In this document: piece after piece, positions 22,075-32,908 of the stretch
Position numbering within the stretch: position 1 is the stretch's first letter
How the letters are laid out: the number at the start of each line of letters is the position of its first letter
From: an uncultured Chloroflexia bacterium
GTDB lineage: Bacteria > Chloroflexota > Limnocylindria > Limnocylindrales > CSP1-4
Length of the DNA stretch: 64,000 nt
Assembly (NCBI GenBank): GCA_963763075.1
Contig: CAVXNF010000006.1
Span: 1,278 to 65,277 of the forward strand
Direction of reading: 5' to 3'
Translations under genes and position numbers: made by a program
Notes under the pieces: generated by a model
Told to the model about the DNA's origin: nothing
Seen by the model: only the letters and a program-made list of their open reading frames with translations
Database searches by the model: none

Positions 22075-22833
22075 ATGGAGACCGCGCGAGGCCTCGCGGG
22101 CCTGGCCTCGTCGCACGACCCGCTGTTCGTCGTCGTCGGCGTGTTCGACGGGCTCCACCTCGGACACGTGTACCTCCTCGAGCACCTCGTCCGCGAGGCG
22201 GCGGAACGAGGCGCGCGGCCCACGGTGATCACCTTCGACCACCACCCGGACGAGGTCCTCACGGGCTCGGCGCCGCCGCTCCTGTGCGATCCGACCGAGC
22301 GGGTGGCGCGGCTGGCCGAGGCCGGTGTGGCCGCGACGGTCATCGTCCACTTCGACATGCGGCTGCGCGAGACGACGTACGAGGCGTTCGTGGGCCAGAT
22401 CGCGGGACGCGCGCCGATCGCCGGCTTCCTCATGACGCCCGATGCCGCGTTCGGCTTCCAGCGTGCGGGGACACCCGAGTCGCTGGCGGAGCTCGGCCGG
22501 ACGCGCGGGTTCGAGGTCGTCGTCGTGCCGCCGTTCGAGCTCGACGGCCGCCCCGTCCGGAGCTCGGACGTCCGGGCCGCGATCGCCGCGGGCGACGTGG
22601 CGACCGCCGCCCGGCTGCTCGGCCGGCCGCACGCCGTCGTCGGTGAGGCCACGCCCGCCGACGGGGGCACGACCGTCCGGTTCGAGCTCCCGGTCGCGCT
22701 GCCGCCCGATGGCGACTACGTGGCGACCGTCGACGGCACCGAGCGCGCCATGCGCGTCGAGGACGGCGGCGTGCGGGTGCCCGGGATCGCGACCTTCGGC
22801 AAGACCCGCGTCGAGTTCCGCGCCGCCGGCTGA
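22075..22833 (+). CDS. ribF: RibF-like FMN adenylyltransferase; C-terminal kinase domain degenerate
   Basis: [35 protein letters not shown]; 252 aa; no PTAN kinase motif. Confidence 0.85.
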   Translation: METARGLAGLASSHDPLFVVVGVFDGLHLGHVYLLEHLVREAAERGARPTVITFDHHPDEVLTGSAPPLLCDPTERVARLAEAGVAATVIVHFDMRLRETTYEAFVGQIAGRAPIAGFLMTPDAAFGFQRAGTPESLAELGRTRGFEVVVVPPFELDGRPVRSSDVRAAIAAGDVATAARLLGRPHAVVGEATPADGGTTVRFELPVALPPDGDYVATVDGTERAMRVEDGGVRVPGIATFGKTRVEFRAAG

Positions 22834-22865
22834 TCGGCTCGAGGCGTCCGAGGCGCCCCGCGCGG

Positions 22866-23687
22866 CTAGCGCAGCTCGATCTCCGCCTTGTCCTTCTCGG
22901 TGACCTCGTCGGGCCGCTTGCCCAGGATGATCATCCCCAGCACGCCGTCCGGGGTCACGGCGTCCTTGGCGACCGTGTCCACGATCCGGCCGTGGTACAT
23001 GACGCTGATCCGGTCCGACAGGTCGAACACGTCGTGGATGTCGTGGCTGATGAGGAAGATCCCGATGCCCTCCTCCTTGAGCTGGCTGACCAGGTTCGCG
23101 GACCTGGGCGGTCTCGGCAGGGCCGAGCGCCGCGGTGGGCTCGTCCATGATCAGGATCCGGGCGTTGAAGTAGACCGCGCGGGCGATCGCGACCGCCTGC
23201 CGCTGGCCGCCCGACAGCGACTTCACGGGCATCTTGAAGCGCTTGAAGTTCGGGTTGAGCCGGCCCATCACCTTGCGGGTCTCGGCCTCCATCTGGAGTC
23301 GTCGAGCGACCCGAAGCGCGTGGTCAGCTCGCGGCCGAGGAACAGGTTGGCCGGCGTGTCGACGTTGTCCGCCAGCGCGAGCGTCTGGTAGATCGTCTCG
23401 ATCCTTAGCGCCTTCGCGTCGCGTGGGTTGTTGATCGAGACGTCCTTGCCGTCGATGTGGATCTCGCCGGTGTCGGCGGTCTGCGCACCGGACAGGACCC
23501 GCATCAGGGTCGACTTGCCCGCGCCATTGCCGCCGACGAGGCCGACGACCTCGCCGGCGTGGAGGTCGACGTTCACCCCTTCGACGGCATGCACGCCGCC
23601 GAACGCGACGTTGATGTCGCGCATCTCGACGAGCGGGCGTCGCGCTCCGCGACCGTCACGCGTCGTGGCTCCTTCCGCTGCCGTCAT
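22866..23687 (-). CDS. Sugar ABC transporter ATP-binding protein, single NBD (frameshifts near 23290 and 23100)
   Basis: [41 protein letters not shown]. Confidence 0.92.
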
Positions 23688-25012
23688 CGTCCGCCGCCCC
23701 GGCGCCGGTTGAAGGTGTCGAAACCGACCGCGAGGAACAGCACGATGCCGGCGATGATGTCCTGGCCGGGCGAGTCGATGCCCATGAAGCCCATGCCGGA
23801 CGGAGCGACTGCATGACGAAGGCGCCGAGGACCGCGCCGGGGATCGTCCCGATGCCGCCCGCGAACGAGGTGCCGCCGATGACCGCGGCGGCGATGACGT
23901 ACAGCTCTAGCTCCGACGCCGACGTCGAGCGTCCGCCGCTCGAGCCGGGCGGACGCGATCGCGGCGGTGAGGGCGCAGAGGATGCCCATCAGGACGAAGG
24001 TCTTGCATGATCGTCCAGCGGGTGTTGATGCCCGCCAGCTCGGCCGCGTCGGGGTTGCCGCCGTACGCGTACACATAGCGCCCGAAGCGGCGCCGCGTGG
24101 CGAGCAAGGTCATCACCAGCGTCACGCCGAGGAGCGAGGATGATCGGGTTGGGGATAGCCGGTCGGGATCTTCCAGCCGCCCTCGGGCGCGGGATGCCCG
24201 CTGCCTCGGCGTGATCACGCGCCAGGCCCTCCGGCCAGAAGTAGGCGTTGGCAATGCGGACGGGGCCGAGGACGGCGACGCAGCCGACCAGGCCGATCAT
24301 GACCTCCGCCCACATCGGCCGGACCGGGAAGCCGTACCGCCGCCGATGCCGTCGGCCCGTTCAGCGCAGGGCGATGATCGCGACGGCAGCCCAGGATCCG
24401 AGCGCCCACGAGAGGGTGCCGCCGAGGGAGCCCTGTGCGCCGCCGCCGATGAGCTGGAAGGTCGGGTCCAGGCCGGACACGGCCGCGCCGGTGGACAGGT
24501 ACCACACGACGCCCCGGATCGACAGCAGCCCGCCGAGCGTGACGATGAACGAGGGCACCCCGACGTAGGCGATGATGAAGCCCTGGAGGCCGCCGATGGG
24601 GGCGCCCGAGGGCCCGCCGAGCGCAGGGCGATGGCCCAGCTCAACGGGAAGTCGGCGCCGAGGCCGAGCGCGGGCAGCCAGTCGGTCATCAGCAGCGCCA
24701 AGGTCATGCGCGATGAAGCCGAGCGAGCGACCCGACCGACAGGTCGATGTTGCGGGACACGATGACCATGACCATGCCGGTCGCGATGACCGCGATCCCG
24801 GCGGCCTGGACCGCGAGCGTGACCATGTTCGTCGGCTGGAAGAACTTGCCGCCGCTCAGGATGTTGAACGCGAGCAGGATCGCGCCGAGGGCGACGAGCA
24901 TGCCCGAACAGGCGGAGATCGATCTCCGTCTGGGCGATCAGCCCGCGATCGAGGTCCGGGTGGGAGGCTCGACCTGACCGGAAACGGGTGTCGCGTCGGC
25001 CACGTTCGTCAC
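23684..25012 (-). CDS. Sugar ABC transporter permease, XylH-like (several frameshifts)
   Basis: GTG after GGAGG; [56 protein letters not shown]. Confidence 0.88.
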
Positions 25013-25105
25013 GGCGGCCCTCCTGGCCTGGTGGAGAGATCGACCTGCGCCCCCCGGAGGATCCGAGGGGCGCAGCGTATCGCTATCGGAGCGGCCGGAT
25101 GACCG

Positions 25106-26318
25106 CTACTTGCAGGCGGCGGGTGCCTCGGCCGCGGCGGCGTCGACGCCCTTGCACAGGTCTTCCTTGGTGATCTGCTCGTCGTCGATCGCCATCTGGA
25201 GGTTCTCCGCGGTGAGCGGGGTCGGGCTGCAGGATGAAGGACTGACCGACGTCCCGTCGGGGGTGGTGAACGGCGTGGCGGTGAGACCGGCCGCCGGGGC
25301 GACCGTCGGGTCGATGAGGCCGTCCGGCAGCGTCAGGCCGGCCATCGCGGTGCCCTTGCAGAGCTCGAGCGCCGCGGCGCCGGCCGCCTTGCCGAGCTCG
25401 TTGGCGTTCTTGAACACGTCCACGTACTGCTTGCCCAGCGCGACGTTGTTCAGGTTGGCGGGGTCGCCGTCCTGGCCGCTGAGGGGCGGGAAGCCGTAGC
25501 TCTTCGCGGTGAGCGCGCCGACGACGCCGAGCGCCGTGCTGTCGTTCTCCGCGAGGATCGCGTCGATCTTGTTGCCGTCGGCGACGGCCTTGTCGATGAT
25601 CGCTCCATGTTCTTCTGGGCGCGTCTCGGTCTTCCAGGCGTCGGTGTAGGTGCCGTCCTCAGGCCCGACTGTTGAGGATCTTGATGTCGCCGGAGGCGAC
25701 CTTGGCCTTGAGGCCCGCCTCGTCCCAGCCCTGGGGCAGGAACGTGGAGGCGTTCGCGTCGCCCGGGTTGCCCTTGATCAGGACGTAGTTGCCCGTCGGG
25801 ACCTTGGCATGATGGCCTCGGCCTCGGCCTTGCCGACGAGCACGTTGTCGAACGTGATGTACAGGATGTCGGGATCCTCGATCAGGCGGTCGTACGCGAT
25901 GACCGGGATGCCCGCGTCCTTGGCCTTCTGGAGCGGCCGGCAGGATCGCCTTGCTGTCCTGCGCGGCAGGATCAGGACCTTGGCGCCCTCCGTGATCAGC
26001 GTGTCGACGTCGGTCAGCTGCTGCTCGCGATGAGGTTCGCGTCGGCGCCGATGTACGTGCCGCCGCCGGCCTCGACCGTCTCCTTGATGGCGGGCTCGTC
26101 GTGCGCGGCCCAGCGCGGCTGCTGGAAGTTGTTCCAGGACACGCCGACCGTGCAGTCACCGGCCGCCGCGGACGCGCTCGCCGCGGCACTTGCCGGAGCC
26201 GAGCTTGCCGGCGCGGCACTTCTGCCGCGCTCGGTGCGGTGGTTGCTCCACCGCCGCCGCAGGCGGCGACCAGGATCGCGGACATGCCCGCGATCGTGGC
26301 CAGTTTTCGCATACCCAT
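25106..26318 (-). CDS. Sugar ABC transporter substrate-binding lipoprotein, XylF-like (frameshifted)
   Basis: Lipobox LVAAC; VGVSWNNFQQPRW, IAYDRLIE..YITFDNV, SGQDGD.ANLNNVA, VDVFKNANELG. Confidence 0.85.
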
Positions 26319-26463
26319 GCGTGTATTCCTCCTCCTCGTGACGGATGGCAATCGACGAAGAACCGCCGGTACCGCCGCGTAGGCTACATCGTCGGGGTAG
26401 TCCCGACGCTGATCGGCAGTCCCCCGCGGGGACGCGCCATTGCCGTGTGTTCGCGAGCGGCCA

Positions 26464-27694
26464 TCATGACGCGCTCGCGAGCCGCTGGACGGGAGCCGGC
26501 CGGGCCATGAAGCCCGCCGGGTCCGCGAGGATTGGCTCGAGTGCCAGCTCCGCCGCTCCGATGAGCGGCGCGTCGGCGCCGAGCGTGGCCGGCACGATCC
26601 GCACCAGGGCGCGAGGGGCCGGCAGCGCGCGCGCGCTGAGCCCGGCCTCAACCGTGTGGCGGATGGCCGGGTAGATCCGGCCGTGCATCGACCCGAGCAC
26701 GATCAGCTGCGGGTTCAGGATGTTCACCAGGCCCGCGAGCCCGACAGCGAGCCAGCGGCCCACGTGCTCGAGCGCCGCGACGGCGACCTGGTTGCCGGCC
26801 TGCGCCTCGCGCAGGACGAGATCGATGCCGTCCGTCCGGCGTCGGGCGAGCAGGCCCGCGAGCGCGAGGAGCGCACCCTCGCCGACCTCCGTCTCCCAGC
26901 AGCCGATCGAGCCGCAGCGACAGGGCGATCCGCCCGGGTTGACCGGGAGATGGCCGATCTCGCCGCCGTAGCCGGCGATCCCGTCAGCGGCCGGCCGCCG
27001 ATGATCGACCCGCCGCCGACGCCGACCTCGCCCGAGACGTAGATCAGGTCGTCGACGCCCATGCCCGCGCCCCGGAGGTGCTCGGCGAGCGCGCCCAGGT
27101 CCGCGTCGTTGGCGACGATCACCGGGACGTCCATGCCCAGGGCCGCTGCGAGCCGGTCGCCGAACGGCTCGTCGATCCAGCCGAGGTTCGGCGCCATGGC
27201 GACCAGGCCGTCGCTGCCGCCGGACGACTCCCGCGACCGCAACGCCGACCCCGACGATCGGCGCGGCGGTCGCGCGCGGATCGCGCCGGCCAACGAGGCG
27301 ATGTGGCCGACGACTTCGTCCACCGAGTGCTCGTCTCGAGGCGGGTGACGCGCTCCTGGGCGATGACCCGGCCGTCGAGCCCCACGATGGCGACGGAGAG
27401 CGAGTCGACCAGCGTCTCGACGGCGAGTACGACCGCCGCATCGCGGACGATCCGCACCACGGGAGACGGGCGGCCGGGCGTGCCCTGGCGGACGGCGGGC
27501 GCCTCCTGGACGAGCCCCGCGGCGGCGAGCTCGCCGACCAGCCCGCGGATGGCGGTGCGGGTCAATCCGGTCGCCGCCACGAGCTGGGAGCGCGACATCG
27601 GGCCGGCGTCATGCAGCCCGCGAACAATCGCGGACAGGTTCGCCCGGCGCACGGTTTCGCTGCGCTGCCCGACTTCGACCCGACCCAGGCGCAA
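26464..27694 (-). CDS. ROK-family transcriptional repressor, XylR-like (frameshifted)
   Basis: VRRANL..IVRGL....MSRSQL...TGLTR HTH, GRP motif, NDADLGALAE, GEIGH, CRCGSIGCWE. Confidence 0.9.
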
Positions 27695-27695
27695 G

Positions 27696-27755
27696 GTTTG
27701 TGTTCCTTTCTTGCAAACGTGTGCCAGACTCTCGCAACGCAGGGACCCGTGTCAA
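27696..27755 (-). promoter_or_regulatory. Promoter of the ROK gene with overlapping palindromic operator candidate
   Basis: Minus-strand TTGACA (27755-27750)-N18-GAGTCT; AT-rich inverted repeat GTTTG-N13-CAAAC at 27696-27718. Confidence 0.55.
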
Positions 27756-27808
27756 GCCCGATCCGCACGCGGCGGACCGGGGCGAGACCGGACGGGAGGA
27801 GGAAGCCG

Positions 27809-28857
27809 ATGACGACGGGTTCGACGCGCGCGGCTGCCGTGGCGCCCGAGACGTCGGGTGGCGGGCAACGGCGGCTGCGCATGGGCGTGCTCTCGACCGC
27901 GGACATCGCGCCTCCAGAAGGTGATCCCCGGGATGCGGCGCTCCGCCCTCGTCGACGTCGTCGCCATCGCGTCCCGCCAGGCGGGCCGAGCCGAGACCGT
28001 GGCCCGGGAGCTCGCCATCCCGCGAGCCCACGGGTCGTACGAGGTGCTTCTCGCGGACCCCGACGTCGACGCGGTATACATCCCGCTGCCCAACCACCTC
28101 CACGCCGAGTGGACGATCGCCGCAGCTGCGGCCGGCAAGCCGTGCTGTGCGAGAAGCCGATCGCGATGACCGCGGACGAGGCGCAGGCGCATGGTCGACG
28201 TCGCGCACGAGACCGGCGTGCCGTTGATGGAGGCGTTCATGTACCGCCAGCACCCGTCGTGGGTGGCGGTGCGCGAGCTCGTGGCCGCGGGCCGGATCGG
28301 GCGGCTGCGGGCCGTCGACAGCTGGTTCTCGTACTACAACGACGACCCGGCCAACATCCGCAACATCGGCGAGTTCGGCGGTGGAGCGCTGTACGACATC
28401 GGCTGCTACACGATCAACCTGTCGCGGATGCTGTTCGGCGGCGAGCCGGACGAAGTGCTCGGCCGGGTCGTCCGCGACCCCGCGCTGGGCGTCGACATGC
28501 TCACGAGCGCGATCCTCGGCTTCGAGCGAGGGCACGGCGACGTTCACCGTGCTCGACCCGGGTCGAGACCGGACCAGCGGGTCCACCTGTACGGCGACCG
28601 GGGCCGGATCTCGATCGACATCCCGTTCAACATCCCGCCCGACCTGCCGACGCGGGTCCGCGTCGTCGCCGGTGGCGACCCGCCGGTCGCACCGGGCGAG
28701 GAGGTCCTCGAGTTCGAGACGCTCGATCCGTACGCCGCCGAGGCGGATGCGTTCGCGGCGGCGGTGCTTGACCGGGCAGCCGGTGCCGGTGCCGCCCGAG
28801 GACGCGGTGGCCAACCTGCGGATCATCGAGCGCGTATTTGCCGGCAGTGGGGGATGA
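27809..28857 (+). CDS. Gfo/Idh/MocA family NAD(P)-dependent oxidoreductase (frameshifted)
   Basis: GVLSTADIA, DAVYIPLPNHLHAEW, LCEKP, EAFMYRQHP, GGGALYDIGCY. Confidence 0.9.
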
Positions 28858-28914
28858 TGCGATGACCGTGGTGAGCGGGCTGAGGGGCCCTGAGCACGAC
28901 ACGAAGGGGAAGCG

Positions 28915-30940
28915 GTGAGCGACGACGACGCGCCAGGACGGCGACGGCAGCCAGGCGGCCGGGGAGCCCGAGACGAGCGGTGCGGCGAGTGCGCCTGAGT
29001 CGCCGCCGACGCCCACGGCCGGTCCCACGACCGGTGCTCACCCGGGTGCATCGGCACCGCGCAGGCCACGGCGTCGGACGCTGCTCGCGGTCGGCCTGGT
29101 CGCCGTGATCGTCGTGACGGCGGTCGGGTTCGGCGTGACCCGCGTCATCACGCCGGATCGCTCCTGTCCCACGCCTGCCGAGCACGCGGACTGGTCTGTC
29201 GCCCGGCGCTGGGACGAGTCGCTGCTGGACGCGATCCGGCGCGCGCTCCCGAACCCGCCTGTCCATGCGCGCAACCTGTTCCACACCTCCGTCGCGATGT
29301 GGGACGCCTGGGCGGCGTACGACCCGACGGCCAACGGCTACATCTACACGGCCAAGGAGCAGGCCGGCGACGTCGCCGCGGCGCGCGACGAGGCGATCAG
29401 CTACGCGGCGTACCGCGTGCTGTCAGCCCGGTTCATCAAGGCCGTCGGCGGCGCGGACTCGCTCGCCGAGTTCGCGGACGTCATGGACACCCTGTGCTAC
29501 CCGGTGACGGTCAACACGACCGAGGGCGACACGCCCGCCGCGGTCGGCAATCGGATCGCGGCCGCCGTCCTCGCCTACGGCCTGGAGGACGGCTCGAACC
29601 AGGCCAACGGCTACGCGGCGCCGGACTACGCGCCGGTCAACGACCCGCTCGTCGTCAACAAGCCCGGGACCACGATGAAGGACCCCAACCGCTGGCAGCC
29701 GCTCCAGCTCGAGAAGATGATCTCGCAGAACGGGATCCCGGTGGAGAACGGCGTCCAGCAGGCCGTCGGCCCGCACTGGGGCCACGTGCTGGGCTTCGGC
29801 ATCCCTGACGGCGGATCGGCCGGCGTGCCGATGGATCCCGGGCCGCCGCCGCTGCTGGGCGGGACCCCGGAGCAGGACCAGGCGTACAAGGACCAGGCGG
29901 TGGAGATCGTCCGGCGGAGCAGCCTGCTCGACGCCGCCTCGGACGAGACGATCGACATCTCGCCCGCGTCCTTCGGTGGCAACACGCTGGGCACCAACGA
30001 CGGGCACGGGCCACCCGGTCAACCCGGCGACAGGCCAGCCGTACGAGCCGGACCTCGTCAAGGTCGGCGACTTCTCCCGCGCGCTCACCGAGTACTGGGC
30101 GGACGGCCCGAAGTCCGAGACGCCGCCCGGCCACTGGAACGTCATCACCAACGAGGTCGGCGACGCGCTCGGGCCCGACGACCTGAAGATCGGCGGGCAG
30201 GGGGACGCGGTCGACCGGCTGCAGTGGGATGTCAAGGCGTACCTCGCGCTCAACGGCGCGGTCCACGACGCCGCCATCGCGCGCGTGGGGTCTCAAGGGC
30301 TACTACGACTCCGTGCGCCCGATCTCGATGATCCGCTACCTCGCGGGCCTCGGCCAGTCGAGCGATCCCGTCGCTGCCGTCGTTCAACGCTGACGGGCAT
30401 CCCGCTCGTGCCCGACCTCGTGGAGCTGATCACGCCCGAGACGACCGCCGTCGGGCCAGCGCCACGCGGCGCTCCCGGGCACGAGGGCGAGATCGCCATC
30501 CGCGCATGGGCCGGCAACCCCAAGGACCCGAAGACCGAGACCAGCGGCGTCCACTGGATCCTCGCCTCGACCTGGGTCCCGTACCAGCTGCCCACGTTCG
30601 TCACGCCGGCGTTCCAGGGCTACACGTCGGGCCACAGCACGTTCAGCCGGGCCGCGGCCGAGGTCCTCACCGCCTTCACCGGCAGCGAGTACTTCCCGGG
30701 TGGCCTCGGCTCTGGACGAAGCCCAAGGGCGAGCTGATCGTCGAGGAAGGCCCGAGCGCGGACGTCACGCTGCAGGCCGCCACGTACTACGACGCCGCGG
30801 ACCAGGCGGGGATCTCCCGGCTGTACGGCGGGATCCACATCCCAGCGGACGACTTCAACGGCCGGATCATCGGCTCGGAGTGCGGCAAGGATGCGTGGAC
30901 GCTCGCCCAGCAGTACTTCGCCGGCACGGCCGGGTCGTGA
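28915..30940 (+). CDS. Vanadium-dependent haloperoxidase / PAP2-superfamily protein with N-terminal membrane anchor (frameshifted)
   Basis: HARNLFHTSVAMWDAWAAYD; active-site motifs KGYYDSVRP (30295-30321), GYTSGHSTFS (30618+), SRLYGGIH..D (30815-30838). Confidence 0.85.
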
Positions 30941-30992
30941 CGCGGATCGCGCATCGCGCCAGAGCGGCGCCGGCGCCACCGGTGAGCCGCGG

Positions 30993-32908
30993 GTGAGCCG
31001 GCGGACGGGGCTCATCGCCGGATCGCTCGTGGTCGTGGTGTCGGCGGTCGTGCTCGCAGGGCTGTTCGCTGGTGGCGTCGTCCGCTTCGGGCCGACGCCG
31101 CCGACCACTGCGCTCGGCGCTGCCGCAGTACGTGGAGGAGACCGCGACCGCGGGCATCGACCTCACCTACGACGGCAGCGAGACGTACTACGTGGGCGGC
31201 GGCCTCGCGGTGCTCGACTGCGACGGCGACGGCCTGCCCGACGTCTACGCAGCGGGCGGCGAGCAACGCCGCTGCGCTGTTCCGCAACGCGAGCCCGATC
31301 GGCGGCGCCCTGCGGTTCGAACGGGTCCCCGGCGAGGCGACGGACATGACGCCGCTCACCGGCGCCTACCCGATCGACATCGACGCCGATGGCGTGACCG
31401 ACCTCGCGGTGCTCGGTGTTGGCCAGTCGCAGTTGCTCCGCGGCCTCGGCGACTGCCGGTTCGAGCGTGCGGACCAAGCCTGGGGGGCGACGCCGACGCC
31501 CGCCTTCGGGTCCGCGTTCAGCGCCACCTGGGAGGGTGACGCGACGCTGCCCACGCTCGCGTTCGGCAACTACCTCGAGCTCGACGCCGCCGGCGAATCG
31601 ACCGTGACCTGGCGCCCAACGAGGTCATCCGTCCCGACGCGACGGATCCGCCTATGCCGCCCGGTGCCGCTGACGCCCGGCTACTGCGCGCTGTCGGTCC
31701 TGTTCAGCGACTGGGACGGCTCCGGGCGCCGAGACCTGCGGGTCAGCAACGACCGCCACTACTACGACGTCGAGGATGGCGGAGAGCAGCTCTGGCGGTT
31801 CGAGCCCGGCAGCCCGCCATACCTGTACACCGCCGACGACGGCTGGGTGCTGCTCCAGCTGTGGGGCATGGGGATCGCGAGCTATGACGTGACGGGCGAC
31901 GGCTATCCCGAGGTCTACCTCACGAGCCAGGGCCCGAACACGCTGCAGACGCTGCTCGCCGGGCCCGCCCAGCCGACCTATCGCGACCTCGCCAATCGCC
32001 GGGGCATCGAGGGAACCCGCCCCGCGGCTGTGGCGCGTGGCGGCCGGCGAGGCGCCGCGCGAGTACACCGCCGATGATGGCTGGGTGAGCATGCAGATCT
32101 GGGGGATGGGCATCGCGAGTCAGGACGTGACCGGCGACGGGCTGCCCGAGGTCTACCTCACGAGCCAGGGCGACAACAAGCTCCAGACGCTGTTGACGGG
32201 CCCCGAGCAGCCCGACGTACCGCGACATCGCCCTCCGGAGGGGCGTGACGGCCGCGCAGCCCTACGGGCGGCGATCCGCTCCCGTCGACTGCCTGGCACC
32301 CGGAGTTCCAGGACGTCAACAACGACGGGTTCATGGACCTGTTCGTGTCCAAGGGCAACGTCAACGTCGCTGCCCGACTACGCGGCGAAGGACCCGAGCG
32401 ACCTGTTCCTCGGCCAGCCCGACGGCACGTACGTCCAGGGTCGCCGAGTCGGGCATCGCGCACTTCGACCGCGGGCGTGGCGCGGCGCTCGTCGACCTCA
32501 ACCTCGACGGCCTGCTCGACCTCGTGGAGGTCAACCTCGGCGCGCCGGTCCGCGTGTGGCGGAACGTGGGGGCCGGGACCGCTGTGCGCCCGCGGCGATG
32601 GGCCACTGGGTCGGGTACCGGCTGCGGCAGCCCGGCGGCAACCGGGACGCGATCGGCGCGGTGGTCGAGATCGGGTCGGCGACGGTCATCAGTCGCCGCG
32701 AGGCGGTCGTGGGCGGCGGCCACGCAGCGGCCAGCTTGGGTGGACACAGGTTGGCATCGGCGGCGCGGAGGCGGAGCTGCGGGTCACCTGGCCGGACGGC
32801 GAGCGGGGCCGTGGCAGCGGTCGGGGCCGACGCGGTTTGCGATCATCGACCGCGGCGCGACCGGCGCCCCAGCCATGGACGCCCGGCAGCGCCGCGGGAG
32901 GCGGATGA
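30993..32908 (+). CDS. CRTAC1 / ASPIC-UnbV family FG-GAP-repeat protein with N-terminal TM (frameshifted, internal duplicated segment)
   Basis: LDCDGDGLPDVY, DIDADGVTDL, DWDGSGRRDL, DVTGDG.PEVYL, DVNNDGFMDLF, DLNLDGLLDL, GNRDAIGAVV, GGGH. Confidence 0.82.
31790..32262 (+). repeat. Diverged direct repeat (about 234 bp x2) inside the CRTAC1-like gene
   Basis: Copy 1 31790-32023, copy 2 32028-32262; 55 of 78 codons encode identical residues by manual alignment. Confidence 0.9.
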
